Positions 63,841 to 64,000 of a stretch of 64,000 bases of DNA are shown piece after piece. The translations under genes and the position numbers were made by a program. The first letter of the stretch is position 1. The number at the start of each line of letters is the position of its first letter. Source of the DNA: Lama guanicoe (taxonomy: Eukaryota). The notes beneath the pieces are model-generated. The model saw nothing but the letters and a program-made list of their open reading frames with translations, had not been told where the DNA came from and searched no databases. Location of the stretch: NCBI GenBank assembly GCA_013239625.1, contig MU054323.1, positions 1,426,001 through 1,490,000 of the forward strand, given 5' to 3'.

Positions 63841-64000
63841 AAATCAGCATCTTTTGTCAAGTATGATTTTGTCAGTCGTGCAGATTTACAGTTTAGAATT
63901 ACAGGCATTGATTGGCCCTCTCGGGCTCATGGAGATCCAGCTCCCTTGTTCTACACAAAAGGAAGCAGGACCAGGTTGTTCAGACCCTCTTCCAACACTA

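Overview
Mammalian genomic DNA, most likely a camelid (alpaca/llama/camel), judged from tRNA-derived SINEs of the Vic-1 type. The window lies inside the VSNL1 gene (visinin-like protein 1, a neuronal calcium sensor) on the + strand. It holds one exon, the first coding exon (22050-22216; ATG at 22055, 54 codons), with >=22 kb of upstream intron and >=41.8 kb of downstream intron; the next coding exon was not found. Most of the rest is interspersed repeat (old and young L1, L2, MIR, MaLR and ERV1 solo LTRs, hAT MITEs) and microsatellites. Two L1-type retrocopies of cellular RNAs stand out: (1) an antisense, 5'-truncated, polyadenylated TACC3 processed pseudogene (41423-42005) whose 142-codon TACC-domain frame has no stop or frameshift, and (2) a tailless 5' half of tRNA-Cys(GCA) with an 8-bp target-site duplication (5982-6015). 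I found no evidence for a new multi-gene system, and nearly all ORF-track entries look like chance ORFs. Repeat family names are recalled from consensus sequences, not from a search, and old-repeat boundaries are approximate.
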